Shown: positions 37,335 through 51,160 of the stretch, in pieces
How positions within the stretch are numbered: position 1 is the first letter of the stretch
How the letters are laid out: the number at the start of each line of letters is the position of its first letter
Source of the DNA: Octopus sinensis
Lineage: Eukaryota
Length of the DNA stretch: 64,000 nucleotides
Direction: 5' to 3'
Assembly (NCBI RefSeq): GCF_006345805.1
Contig: NC_042999.1
Span: forward strand, 130,944,001 to 131,008,000
Program-made: the position numbers and the translations under genes
Notes under the pieces: generated by a model
Database searches by the model: none
What the model saw: only the letters and a program-made list of their open reading frames with translations
Told to the model about the DNA's origin: nothing

Positions 37335-37552
37335 TTATTCTTTTCTACTCAAGGCACAAGGCCCGAAATTTTTGGGGAGTGGGCCAGTCAATTAGATTTA
37401 CCCCAGTATGCAACTGGTACTTAATTTATCGACCCTGAAAGGATGAAAGGCGAAGTCGACCTCGGTGAAATTTGAACTCAGAACATTATGACAGACGAAA
37501 TGCCGCAAAGCATTTCACCTGGTGTGCTAATGTTTCTGCCAGCTTGCCGCCT
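37335..37552 (-). mobile_element. tRNA-derived SINE
   Basis: Reverse complement of the 6937-7150 family; similar copies at 23555-23795, 32365-32470 and 41340-41537. Confidence 0.8.
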
Positions 37553-38957
37553 TTATGCTAGTATTATTATTGTTGTTATTTTTTTTTTATTTACTATTTT
37601 GTTCTGAACCCTTTTTTCATTGAAACTTTCCCTAGTAAATTTTTGCGTTGCTCTAGAATACTTTCTTAAATTGCAACTAATCATCATTATGTTTCACACA
37701 CCATCCCATTACAAGTGCGATAAACCTTTCACTTTGTATGAATATCCCCTAAACTGATTCCATCTACTAAATACTCAGTAACAATATTCTATTATTATTG
37801 GCTGCATTGCCCTGCAGTAATTATTGACAGAAATGTTCTGGGACCAAGTCACTGTATGCTACCATAGATTATTATGAACCTTAAATGATGAAGATAACTG
37901 CAACTGTGGATGCAATATTGTTATCATTGTCATTGGTTTAACTGTTGTTTTACATGTTATTTTTCATCATACTAGTCTGAAATATAGTATTATTCCAAAC
38001 CTCTTGCATGAACACAAAAACTTGCTAGCTAGCCTTAAGCTCAGTCCTGTGATATGCTGTTAAAGTCTTTTGATTATTGGTATAAATATAAGAAGCTGCA
38101 GTGGGTGAATGAATAATCTATCAGTCTCTCAGCTGCAGCATTTTGTTGGCATTGAATTATACTATATGCAAGATAGTGAACCAGCCTTATGTCTGATAAC
38201 AAAATAGACTACAGTTAGTGATGATGTGTTGATCTAACTGTAAACTGTGTGGTTTGGTATTTCACAACTTGAGATATGTTCTTCTCACTTGAGAATAAAA
38301 TGAAATAGAATTTTTTTTTTTTTTTGATGTGTTTGAAATATTTGATTTCAAACCTATAAAAGTATAAAATGAATAGCAATAAAATAAGATCAATATACTA
38401 ACACAGAAAACTAAGTAAAATTTTCATAAACCAGACAAATTAGTGTTGTGCTCAAATATAAGCAAAAACGTATTTAATTCTACTATTTTTTTTTCAACCA
38501 CTCTTCTTTTATCTCCAATACACAGTTTATAAACAACTATACCAATTATAAGAGCAATCTAATACAATTTATAAATATAACTATCTCAATTTTATGTACT
38601 TCTCAAATAGCCACTAGGTCAATAAAATAAACAGTGATCACAATGTTTCTTCATCCTTACACTTTATAGAAACAATATTTTTGTCAATTTTTTTTATATA
38701 TATTTGCAAGCAAAATAATATTTATACTTTGAATTTCACATCTAAAATGCACAAAATTCTCAGTCTTTGAGTCTGAAACTTCTGCCAATTACATAATAAA
38801 ATAATATATTTACTCATGTTTTGAGTTCTATTCTCCTATTTGTATCATTAAACTTGTTATTTCCTTTATAGTTATTTTGATCATTTGATTCTTTCTTTCA
38901 TTTGTAACAATAATTTTCATGAATGTCTTTTTGTGTATTGTCATATGTTGTTTATAT

Positions 38958-39298
38958 CAGGGGGTTCTTAACTATTTTTTACCTATGGAGCCCATTAATT
39001 ACTATTTTATTCAGGTGGATCCCCATAGCCATTCAATATATAAAAACTGGTTTTATAGAAACTTCTTTCAAAATTTGCATTTTGTTTTTCACACATTAAC
39101 TTGTGTAAGTTGAACTATGTGAAATGTTAGAGAAAGAAACCTAGTTGTTTCTTGCAATGCATATATCTAAAAAAATAATTTTTTCAGGGATCCTCAAAAT
39201 ACTATTGTGGATCCCCAATTTACTGTTTTGTTGTGTGGGTCTCCAAAAATCTCATATGAGCCCTCAGGGGTCATATGGACCCCAGTTGAGAATCAATG
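38958..39298. mobile_element. hAT-type MITE
   Basis: CAGGGGGTTCTTAAC / GTTGAGAATCAATG termini with 8 bp TSD GTTTATAT / GTTTATAG. Confidence 0.7.
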
Positions 39299-39421
39299 GT
39301 TTATAGCCTTCTCTGAAGAAATTGGCTACCAAACTAAAATAAACATTGAGTGTGAAGTAAATATATTTGCTTTCCTAACCTCATAGTAGATCTTATTATA
39401 TCTATAGTGTTATGCTCTTAA

Positions 39422-39636
39422 CCCTTTTGTTACTATATTTCTCTTGAAATGCATACACTATGTTCCAATTAATTTTGAAAATTATGGAGGATTTAGGAAA
39501 ATAACTTTATCGTTATTAAGTTGGTGTTTGAACATAACATAAAATTTTGAGGGAAGGTTTTGATTTAGATCCATTAAAACTGGAAATTTGTATTGTAGAG
39601 TCATGGGCAGTCTCAGGTGGGTTGGTATCAAAAGGG
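39422..39636. mobile_element. piggyBac-type MITE
   Basis: TTAA on both sides; TIR CCCTTTTGTTAC / GTATCAAAAGGG. Confidence 0.8.
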
Positions 39637-40013
39637 TTAAACAGAAACCTTTACCTTTCTTGCTTCACCCTGCACCACTCCTATTTCTGTAATTAATATC
39701 TCAATATTAAGAGGGGTCTCCACCTGTAAATAGACTTGCTTCAACATGAAAATATCAAAATTTGAAAAATCCAAGCCACTAATAGTTGCATGTTAAAATG
39801 GCTGCATATTATTAAATTTATATAAAATTGAGTAATATTAATTTTTCTTGCAAGTTTAAAACTTAGTTTTTAAGTAAATATTGATACATGAATTAAAAAT
39901 ATGCATTTTTGGATTAAAGATATCTTTTATTAATTTACTGAAAATAAGCTATAACTTATTTTTGAAACTGAAAGAAAATATACAGTTCAATGAAAGTTTT
40001 CTTCTTGTTACAG

Positions 40014-40059
40014 GAAATTATAGATTTCAAAATTATTAATGCTAAACGATTTGAAAATG
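40014..40059 (+). CDS. DUS2: DUS2 coding exon 2
   Basis: AG|EIIDFKIINAKRFEN+G|GTGAGT; phases 0 and 1 fit the neighbouring exons. Confidence 0.92.
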
Positions 40060-40942
40060 GTGAGTACTCTCAGCCATGTTGTTGTTATTGATGTTGTTGT
40101 TAGCTGCAATGAATGGGATGGGAGTTAAAGCTATGAAATATTGATTCTTGATTCATTAGTTCACATTCCCTATAGGAGTTATACTATAACTTAACCAAGA
40201 CACGACTCTATTTTCCTAGGGTCTACTATTATATATTGTATGTAGAAGTGGATAATGGAGTGTGTCGAAAAGGAGGCTAAATTATCCAGGCAATACAGTC
40301 ATCTGTTTTTGTTACACTAGCCAATACTTTGATAAGCAATCATTAATCTCAGTTAACTATCACTCATTATGCTTTAAATTTACATTGCAAGCACAATATT
40401 TATTGTATGCAGTTCATTACTTTTCCATCAAAGAATACATGACATCGAAAGATAATGATGTGATTGAAGTTAAGCTAATTTGTGAGTTTCAAACCTTAAA
40501 TAATGAAATAATGCATATTTGTTTTCTTTCCCCTACATTTTCCTCTGTATTCTAATTGATGAGTGAACTGAATTTGCTATTTAAGCAGGATGGTAGATAT
40601 GAATGTTTGGGGGAACAATCAACTTAGAGTTGTAAATAGAAAGGTATAACATCTTGTCTTGAATTTTATTTAGGGTTTAATTTTATACACCTCATTTTTA
40701 GTTGTTTCCTTTTCTTACTTAAAAAAATAACAAAAGTTATCATGGTTCTTATAATTAGAACTTAGTTACTACTGAGATTGTTCCTATTTCACTGACCTAG
40801 TTCATCACAAAACCTATTTCATAAGCAATAATATGTATGTATGTATGTATGTATGTATGCATGTGTGTTGTGTGTGTATGTATGTATATATATATATGTA
40901 TGTATGTAAGTGTATATGTTTGTGTGTCTGTTTATCTGTATG

Positions 40943-40993
<51 letters not shown>

Positions 40994-41099
40994 ACATTAG
41001 TTTTGGGTTCTTGAAAATTGCAAAACTTTATAAGAATCTTCTCATCAGTGAAGTGCCAATTTTTAATTGATAATGAAAGATGTTAATGTTATGTTTCAG

Positions 41100-41191
41100 A
41101 AACATTGGGAACTTTGGATTTTACTTTATCTGATGGCACTGTTGTATTCCGTACCTGCAACCGAGAGAAATCCAAAGTCATTTTCCAGTTG
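41100..41191 (+). CDS. DUS2: DUS2 coding exon 3
   Basis: (E)TLGTLDFTLSDGTVVFRTCNREKSKVIFQL|GTATGA. Confidence 0.93.
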
Positions 41192-42068
41192 GTATGAATA
41201 TTTACATTTCATTTTCTGTGCTTTTAAGATTTGTTGCTGGATAAACTTTTAAATATATAAATGGTATAACTTTCACTTGAGATATCCTTCTGAACCACAT
41301 AAACTAAAGAGAGTGTGTAGATATTTGATGTTAGGGAAATATTGGTTTCAAATTTTGGCACAAGGCCAGCAATTTTGGGGAAAGTGGTAAGTCACTTACA
41401 TCAGCTCATGTGCTCAACTGGTACTTATTTTAGCAACCCCAAGAGGATGAAAGTCAAAGTTAACCTCAGCAGAACTCAAAACCAGAACATAGAGCATTTT
41501 GACTGGTGTGCTAACAATTCTGCCAGCTTGCTGCCTTAAATTTATCGAAAATATTAGCCTTATATTGTTGTGACAACTCAAGTGTAATTCAAAAGTCTAG
41601 TAAGCATTTATATGAAGTGACTAACAAACAAGATCAGTGAAGTTTCATAATGTACATATTGCTCCTACCCATCTTGCTATCCTTTTTTATACCACCCACC
41701 TTTTCTTTATAGTTTTCATCCACCTTCCCACTGCATTCATTACCCACTAACTGACCTCGGTTCCCTCTGGTAACTGCTTCAATTCAGAGATTCAAGGATT
41801 GTTGGTCTACAGTTGTGCTTTTCATATACCAGCCACCTGGACCACCACAGCTAAAATAGTACAATACCATCATCATATTATACCATTTTAAGGACAGTGA
41901 ACAGTGTCTCATCTTTTTATAATGACATTTTTCTAAAAAAAAAATAACTATTTTATCAATGAAAGATATATTCTTTTACTCTTTTACTTGTTTCACAACA
42001 AACTTGCAAAGATGGTATTAAAAATATACAAAGACAAAATTATAATAAAATAAAATTAAAAAAAAACA

Positions 42069-42700
42069 GGCATGGCTGTGTGGCAAGAAGCTTGCTTCTC
42101 GACCACATGGTTCCAGGTTCAGTCACACTGCAGGGTACCTTGAGCGAGTGTCTTCTACTACAGCCTCAGACCAACCAAAGCCTTGTGAGTGAATTTGGTT
42201 GATGGAAACTGAAAGAAGCCCATTATATATATATTTATGATGGACTCTCTTGTTGTGAACAACAAATGAGGGTTCAGTAAAATAACAGCGTTAATCATGT
42301 TCTATGGACACAAATGTGTCTCTTGAGGCTTGCTGGTGCCTTGCGAACCTTTTGGCAAATGGAATAAGTTGAGGATTCAGTTTACTTGAGTGCTTGTGAA
42401 TCATTTACTATGTTTTCTTGAGTGGAAGGCTAGCCCTGCTTTGCTTCATGCTACAAAACCACAATGACAGGTAAGGTTTCCATGTCTGTGTGTGTCTGCC
42501 TTTGTGTCTGTCTGTGCCCTCACCACCACTCGACAACTGGCGTTGGTGTGTTTACATCCCTGTAATCCAGTGGTTCAATCAAAGGAATCAATAAAATAAG
42601 CACGAGGCTTAAAAAAGTAAGTCCTTGGGTTGATTTGTTTGACTAAAAAACCCTTCAAAGCATGGCCACAGTCAAATGACTGAAACAAGTAAAAGATGAA
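42069..42700 (+). mobile_element. SINE, split into head (42069-42225) and tail (42480-42700)
   Basis: Same family as 8511-8670 and 43775-44058. Confidence 0.7.
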
Positions 42701-42901
42701 AAATTTTTTAAATAACTTAAATGCTGAAAGGACTTCTGAATTACCCTGTATATTAATTAATATTATTTCAATGAAGAGTTTTCTAGTGGAGAAAACATTT
42801 GTACATTACTTTGATCTCATTTCCATTAATGTCTGTTTTTTTCACCAGTAAGACGTTTTTTGTTATCTGCTCCATTTATTTATATCTAAGAATGTGATGT
42901 A

Positions 42902-43118
42902 CAAGGAGGTGCTGAAAAGTTCCTGGTTTTAAGGGTATCGCAAAAGGTCTGGTTGGAGGCCAAACCTTCTAAGTTCTTTTACAGGGCTTAGAAAAACTGA
43001 AGGACTGCTGTAATAAGTGTGTGAATCTGAGGGGGGAATGTGTTGAATAAAATCATAATTAACTGATCCTCCTGTATTTTCCTTTACCCAAAGCCAGGAA
43101 CTTTTCAGCACCCCCTCA
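42902..43118. mobile_element. mariner-type MITE
   Basis: TA flanks; TIR ...GGTGCTGAAAAGTTCCTGG / CCAGGAACTTTTCAGCACC. Confidence 0.8.
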
Positions 43119-43486
43119 TAATGTGCACTATCATGGCTGAACACTTACAAATATAAACTATAGTATTTTTTTATATAATGACTGTTAATCAGTGACTGTT
43201 AATAGGCACTAGTGTAATTGTGGTTGAGAAGCTTACTTCCTAATCATGTGTCCTTGGGTTCGGTCCCACTATGTGACACTTTGGATGAGTATCTTTTACT
43301 ATAGCCCCTGGTCAACCAAGGTACATTACAGTGGGACTGAACTTGAAACCATATGGATGGGAAGCAAGCTCCCTAACTACACAGCCATGCTTGTGCCAGT
43401 TTTAAAATTATTTTGGAAACTATCATTTATGAATAGCATCTATTAAATATTATGAATACATGTTTTCTTTCTTATTATTATTGCAG

Positions 43487-43530
43487 GGAACAGCAGATGC
43501 GAAACGGGCTCTTATATCTGCCAAAAAAGT
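43487..43530 (+). CDS. DUS2: DUS2 coding exon 4
   Basis: TTGCAG|GTADAKRALISAKK+GT|GTATGT. Confidence 0.92.
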
Positions 43531-44179
43531 GTATGTTGATATGTTTGCTATATGATTATTATTTATGGAAATTTTAGAAGATATGTGTAAAAGCATTTAT
43601 TGCTTTTTATATTAATCTTTTATTTTATAAGCACAAACTTTGATCAAAATTCTTTTATTAAATATTCAATTTTTTTTTAATAGTTTTCTTGAAGTAAATC
43701 ACATTCAGATCATAGCTTTGATTAAGCCTGCATTGTACATGTTACCGTTGTACATTTTCTTAAACAATATATGATTCTGGGTTCAGTCGCACTGCATGGC
43801 ACCTTGGGCAAGTGTCTTCTACTATAGCCTCAGCCCGACCAAAGCCTTGTGAGTGGATTTGGTAGACAGAAACTGAAAGAAGCCTGTCATATGTATGTGT
43901 GTGTGTTTGTGTGTCTGTTTTTGTCCCCCTCAAACATCGCTTGACAACTGATGCTGGTGTGTTTGCGTCCCTGTAACTTAGTCCTGGGGTCGATTTGCTC
44001 GACTAAAGGCGGTGTTCCAGCATGGCTGCAGTCAAATGACTGAAACAAATAAAAGAATTTAAAAAATATATACTTATATAATAAAATCCACATTCCTTTT
44101 CCAAAAGCATTGAAACAAATGATACATGTTCTTTATTACATGGGAAAATGAAAGTAAATCTTCATATTTCAACATAAGC

Positions 44180-44700
44180 ATCAGTGGCATCAACAAGTTT
44201 CCTCAGATGGCCAGGGATGGAATGAACAACCTTCTGAAGGACGTCGTCTAGGATATTGTTGAGAACCTTCTGAATCCATGTCTCCAAATCCTCCAGTGTG
44301 CAAGGCTTTGTCTTTTACACACCACTGGCATCAGTGCTTTTTACATGGCACCAGCATTTACAAGCCTGTAAGATTAGGAATGCTCAGCTGGAGAGGGCTG
44401 CAACGGATGAGTTTGTATGCAAGGGCAACCATACTTTGCTTGATGTGTCTTTTCAAGCACAGAAAACCACCAGGGGTCTCAGTCCCCTGTCATCCCTTCT
44501 GTGAGTTCCAGTGTTTATAGATCTGTTCTCACCACTTCATCCCATGTCTTCATGGGTCTACCCCTTCTATATGTTTCCTCTAGAATTAGAGATCAGCACC
44601 TATTGATGCAACTGTCCTCATTCATATGCATTACATGACCATACCAGTGCAGTCTTCTCTCTTGCACACTATATTTGATGCTACATATACCCTGATAAAA
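44180..44700 (-). mobile_element. Decayed RTE-type LINE 3' fragment
   Basis: CATATGCATTACATGACCATACCAGTGCAGTCTTCTCTCTTGCACAC matches the RLxWYGHVxRM region of other RTE copies. Confidence 0.45.
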
Positions 44701-45265
44701 TTACCTATAACTACCTATATGTTACTTTAACATCGTAAATCATGCAATGAATTATCAATATGATGACTTAATTATTGAGTTCAAATTCCAAGGTCCACTT
44801 TGCCTTTCATCCATTCAGGCTCGATAAAATAAGTATCAGTTGAACATTAGGGTCGATATAATCGACCTACTCCCTCCTGTTAAACTGTTGGCCTTGTGCC
44901 AAAATTTGAAACAAATATGATGACTTAATTAGCATAATTAATGCATAATTTTATTTTGCTGGACAAATGATGAATATGATGTTTGAATTCTGACAGTGAG
45001 CTTGTTTTTCTTTTCTGACTTAAGCTGATACTAATAGAGTCTAGTAACAAACTTTGTTTTGCTTATAGTAGCATTCTAAATGGATGTGAACATATTTGAC
45101 TTCAAGTTGTACCTAGTTTACCTTGTATAATATATTAAATTGTAGTTTGCATTACCCAAAATGTATTTTAACTAGTTCTAATAGTTAGAAGTTTCTTTTA
45201 AAATGTTTATTGATTTAAAGTTATTGATAAATATAAGGTTACTAAAATTCACCTTCTATTTGTAG

Positions 45266-45326
45266 AGAAGATTGTATCGCTGCTGTTGATGTCAACATGG
45301 GCTGTCCAAAAGAGTTTTCTATAAAA
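45266..45326 (+). CDS. DUS2: DUS2 coding exon 5 (catalytic Cys motif)
   Basis: (V)EDCIAAVDVNMGCPKEFSIK|GTATGT. Confidence 0.95.
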
Positions 45327-45869
45327 GTATGTACTTAGACATCATTTTAATAGTATTTTTGGTATTTTGAATGTCTGTTTAATTAATGAATGACTCTGCT
45401 TGTATGGCAATGACTCTCAATTACAACTACCATGTGATGTCAAGACAAGCAAACACAAACACACACTCATGTATTTATATTCATTCATGTATATGCCTAT
45501 AAATATACTGATGGGGTTCTTTTAGTTTCCATCTACCAAATCCACTCACAAGGTTTTTTCAGTGTTCTCAGTCTGTTAATGGCCAAGCGTTCAGATGAGT
45601 ATACTGGCACTGATGTAGCAACATTCGAAATCTTGTCTAAGTGAATCTAGCCAAGGAGAACTGACCAAATTTATGTTAATAAACATAATTTGGAAAGTTC
45701 AAAACCTAAGTCCTAGATTATCCACATTTATTTACAGGTAAGATGAAATTTTTTATGTTCGCTGCCCACAAATATCTTTGCCAGTATATATATATAGAGT
45801 GAAGCATTACTATAGCATTGTATATTATCAACTGCTATTTCCAGTAAATATTGGTGCATTGTTGTACCA

Positions 45870-46900
45870 CTCATCATCATCATCATCGTCATCATTTAAT
45901 GCCTGCTTTCCATGCTTGAATGATGCTTTTTACATGCCACCAGCACAGGAGCCAGTGTGGTGGCACTGGCAACACCCATGCTCGAATGGTGCTTTTTATG
46001 TGCCACTAGCACTGGACCAGTCAGCCAGCACTGGCATCAGCCACGCTTGAATGGTGTTTTTTATGAGCCACAAGCATGGAAGCCAATGAAGCGGTACTGT
46101 CATCGGCCATGACAAGGACTTCACCTGATGCAACAGGTCTTCGCAAGTGCAGTTTATTGCCCATTGACTGAAGGGTACTCTTAAATGGGCCAGTTATGCT
46201 GCACTGGCATAGGCCATGGTTACGGTCTCACTTGGCTCACTTGCTGGGTCTTCTCAAGCCCAGCATATCTCCAAAGGTCTCAGTCACTTGTCATCATCTC
46301 CATGAAGCCCAACGTTTGAAGGTCATACTTCACCACCTCATCCCAGGTCTTCCTGGGTGTAACTCTTCCACAAGTTCCCTCTACTGCTAGGGCGTGATAC
46401 TTTTTCACACAGCTGAGCTCATTCATACACAACACATGACCATACCATGCAGTCATCTCTCTTGCACACCACATCTGATGCTTTTTATGTTCAACTTTTT
46501 TCTCAGGGTGCTTACACTCTGTCATGTATGTACACTGACATTACACATCTAGCGGAGCATACTAGCTTCATTCCTTGCAAGCTTACGCATGTCCTCAGCA
46601 GTCATGGCCCACGTTTCACTGCCACATAGCATGGTTGTTTGCACACATGCATCATACAGTCTACCTTTTTTACTCTGAGTGAGAGGCCGTTTGTCATCAG
46701 CAGAGGTAGGAACTCTCTGAACTTTGCTCAAGCTATTCTTATTCTAACAGCTACACTCTCAGAGCATCCACCCCTGCTACTGACTTGGTCACCTAGGTAA
46801 TGGAAGCTATCAATTATTTCTAGTTTTTTCCCCTGTCATATGATGGAAACTGTTTTCTGCACTTTTTCAGTGTTTATGCCCCTGAGCATTTGCCACACAC
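45870..46900 (-). mobile_element. Decayed RTE LINE 3' fragment
   Basis: ORFs 46280-46525 and 46549-46731 match the RTE C-terminus; (GAT)n tail at about 45870. Confidence 0.8.
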
Positions 46901-47442
46901 AGTGTTTTGCAAAATAATCAAAATTAAAATTTTATCTCAAAGAGAGGAAATTGGAACATTATCCAATGAAAGTCCTTTTTAACACCGATGAAGGGAATTT
47001 TAGGTCCTGAAATATTGGACAGATTAAAGAACAACAGCAACAGCAATAATAAAAAAAGCAAAGATTACCAGGTAACTTACTTTTAATTTTTGTTGCTTCA
47101 TCTTACAGTCCATTTTGCATTGTTTAGCCTTCTATCTCTTTCAATATATATATATATTTATATATATGCACTTCATTATTTGTGGATTAACACTTCTACC
47201 ATTGGCTTCATGTGGAAAGAATTTTTGCAAATTTCAAGCAATCCACTTAAAAATGCTGGTAATTGCCTCCATTTCTCATCAAAATGGAGGTGATTACCAC
47301 CTTTTTTAAGTGGACTGCTTGGAAATTTTGAAAATTTTTTCTATATGAAACCATTAGTTGCATTATTAATCCACAAATAAAGAATATTTATCCATCAAAT
47401 GTGATGCTGAACATGCATTCCATTCTCTCTCTTCACTACTGT

Positions 47443-47474
<32 letters not shown>

Positions 47475-49009
47475 GTCAACCTAGCTAAAACCAAAGTCCT
47501 AATAAGTAGGAAGGTAAACAAACCACAAATGCCTTCAGGTAGATGGCCCTGCTCGATCTGTAGAAAAGGCGTAGGTAGAAACTCTATAAAATGTACCCAG
47601 TGTAAGCTATGGACACATAAGAGGTGCAGCAATGTCAAAGGAAGGCTAACTGGGAAGATAGTTTTTGTATGTGGCAGATGCTCAGGAGCAATAAACACTG
47701 AAAATCTGCAGAAAACAACTCCCGTCACTTTCCAGGGGAAAAAACTAGAAGTAGTTGATAGCTTCCTTTATCTAGGTGACTAAGTCAGTAGTGGGGGTGC
47801 TGAAAGTGTAACTGCTAGAGTAAGAATAGCCTGGGCAAAGTTCAACGAGCTCTTACCTCTGCTGGTGACTAAAGGCCTCTCGCTCAGAGTAAAAGGCAGA
47901 CTGTATGATGCATGTTTACGAACAGCCATGCTACATGGCAGTGAAACATGGGCCGTGAGGACATGCGTAAGCTTGCGAGGAATGAAGCCAGTATGCTCCG
48001 ATGGATGTGTAATGTCAGTGTGCATACTCGACAGATTGTTAGTACCTTGAGAGAAATGTTGGACCTAAGAAGCATCAGCTGTGGTGTGCAAGAGAGACGA
48101 TTATGCTGGTATGGTCATGTGGCGAGAATGGATGAAGATAGGTGTGTGAAAAAGTGCCAATCCCTAGCAGTTGAGGGAACCCGTGGAAGAGGTAGACCCA
48201 GGAAAACCTGGGACGAGGTGGTGAAGCCCAAACTTCGAACTTTAGGCCTCATCGAGGCAATGACTAGCGACCAAGACCTTTGGAATTATGCTGTGCGTGA
48301 GAAGACCCGGCAGGACAAGTGAGTCCAGCCCACTTATGCATGTCTTTCCTCCCTTGGACACACAAAGACCTGTTGAGGCAAGCGAAGTCGAAATCGAACC
48401 TCCGACGACAGGCACCCATGCCAACCTCCCTTCATTGGACACTAAACTCTGCTTGCGAAGACCTGCTGGGGCAAGTGAAATCGGAATCGAAATTGAACCA
48501 ATCCTATGACTGACACCCGGTAGTTGCCAGGACAACTGGACTGACTCCTGTGCAGGTGGCAAATGAAGAAACACCATTTTGACCCTGTGCTTGAGGAGAT
48601 CCATTGAGTTAAGTACACCAACATCAAAATCAATGGAAACTGCAGTTGTGATCCCTGTGCTGGTGGCACATAAAAAGCACCATCTGAACGTGGCTGATGC
48701 CAGCACCGCCTAGACTGGCTTCCATGCCGGTGGCACGTAAAAAGCACCATCCGAATCGTGGCCGATGCCAGCACTGCCTTGACTGGCTTCTATGCCGGTG
48801 GCACGTAAAATGCACCAATCCGATTGTGCAGGTGGCACGTAAAAAGCACCCACTACACTCACGGAGTAGTTGGCATTAGGAAGGGCATCCAACTGTAGAA
48901 ACACTGCCAGATCATACAGGAGCCTGGTGCAGCCTTCTGGCTTCCCAGATCCCTGGTCGAACCGTCCAACCCATGCTAGCATGGAGAACGGACGTTAAAC
49001 GATGATGAT
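47475..49009 (+). mobile_element. 5'-truncated RTE LINE (RT end, PHD-like finger, 3' UTR, (GAT)n tail)
   Basis: VNLAKTKVL...CSICRKGVGRNSIKCTQCKLWTHKRC...CGRC...YLGD, then KGRLYDAC and RGRPRKTW, with stops and frameshifts. Confidence 0.88.
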
Positions 49010-49199
49010 ACATATATTGTATAAATATATTTTCTCATATTTTAGGTTATTATTCTCACAAGCCATTCATCTAAATCCAGTCTGAATACTGTCGTATTTT
49101 TGATATATAATTTTAAAATTGTCACATTAAAATCTAAGAAAAAAAATAAAAGTTTCTATTATTCATGTTTGCCAAATCCTATTTTATTTTTCTTGTTTG

Positions 49200-50700
49200 C
49201 ACTGTGAGCGGAAATTTAATAATTATCATTATATTTTCCCCTGCTTGTGTAAGTTGGTCAGGTCTTCTCTAGTACAATATTTCACCATTTATTGCAATCC
49301 TTTGTCACTTCCTTTGTGAGATTTAGCATCATATGTCTACTCCAGCACAGTTTTCTCTTTTACACATCATTGTTGGTACCTCCTGCATTCAGTTTTGCTG
49401 TCAGCCCATTTTGTGTTCATTTATGTATACTAACATTATACATCCAGCACAGAATGGACACCTTATTTGTTTCCAGCTTTTACATATCTTATGCATCCAG
49501 TACTCCTGTCTTACTTTTGTGCAGTATCATACTTCATATACAGGCATCATATAGACTTTCAAATCTCAACTTTTTCTGCCCATTTCTAATTTTGGCCACT
49601 ATGCGTTTGGAATACCCACCACTGCTGCCACATAAGCAACAGGAGCTGTCAACTTCTTCTAGGGGATCTTCTGTGCATTTGGAAGGGTTTATTTCATTAG
49701 TATCCCTGTGCATCTGCAACGTATGAACTCCTTCTCTCTCAGCCTGCTTGTAATCCCACTGCGTCTCTCATATACTCTTATACTGGCTACACTGTGCAGA
49801 ATTTTTATTTATATCTTTTCTGCATATTATGCTTGCTCACTTCCTAAATGACAGTAGTTCTACATCCTTTCTTGCTACCTAAGACTTTTATCTTAGTTAA
49901 ATTTACTTTAAACCTGTTCATTCTAGGCCCTGCTTCCATGTCTGACAATTGTAACTTTTTGATTGATTCAACTTTGAGAACTAGGTTGTTGACATACAGG
50001 ATTTTCCACAGCTAATCTTGGATTTTTCTGTTATGACTTGGATATCTATAATAAATAAATGGGAGCTGAGAGTACCTATCTGCATGCTAAATTCCTTACT
50101 GAATTTATTGATAACTCACACCTTGATGACAGCATCCCCTCATGGCTCTCACAAGCCATTCATCTATACCCAGTTCTTTTAATAACCACAAGACCACAAA
50201 ACATGAAGCACTACCAAAGCCCTTCTCCAGGTCAATTTACTTTCTTGCTTTTTCCCCATCCTGGCACCAAGCTGAACTGCATTTCATGTAAGCTAATTCT
50301 CTTCCTACTTAAGCTCCTTCCTACTGCAACTCTTTTTGTCTATAAGTGTGATACTTCTGTAGTTGCTCCTTTCTTGAGCTTTGTTTTTTTCTCTTGTAGC
50401 AGTTGACAATGATACATCTACAGTAGTTATATGGGATGACACCTCTGAACAACTTAATTAACTGTGCAAGTGATTAGTGCATGTCCTCCTTCACCTGATA
50501 TTTTTAGTATCTCAACAATTCTCCCTGATGGTTCAGTTCTTTCCTTGCTTTCACATCCTTAATGGTTATTTAGAACCTATAGTTGTTTCTTCTTTGGTAA
50601 TCTCTCACCTACACAATTCTCTGTGTTCAATGTAGCTGCCTCTTCCCATTCCTCTCTTTTCTTAGCAAGTATACCTCTTACATTATGTACATGCTTTCAG
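49200..50700 (-). mobile_element. Old, decayed RTE-like LINE remnant
   Basis: LEEVDSSCCLCGSSGGYSKRIVAKIRNG relic, related to the RT C-terminus above. Confidence 0.4.
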
Positions 50701-51112
50701 TCCCATGTTTAGATTCAGATGCGCTGCTTTGCATTCTGAAACACCTCACACCTTCCAGCTTTATATCACAAACCTCTTACATTCTACTTCTATTTATCTG
50801 CTATTATTCCTTGCTTCTCTCTTTATTCTTTTCTTTTCAGACCTGTCTCTTAATATTTTTCTACTTTCCTATGCATTTATGTATAGATCTACAAAATCTG
50901 TGTGTTTATACAACAATATTAATCTCATGTATTCTCAAATTTTTGAAAATAAGATTATATAATATAGTGCTACAATGTAACTAATTTGATTTTAAAGTAT
51001 TTCTCCGTTTAAAGTAAATCTGTACATAGGAGAAATAATCTGTAAGTCTCATACATCCATAAAGTTTCATTACAGAAATTTTCTGTCTTTCTGTTTAATC
51101 AATTACCATTAG

Positions 51113-51160
51113 GGTGGAATGGGAGCTGCACTTCTGAAGAAGCCAGAAAAAGTTAAAGAG
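51113..51160 (+). CDS. DUS2: DUS2 coding exon 6
   Basis: TTAG|GGMGAALLKKPEKVKE|GTATGT. Confidence 0.94.
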
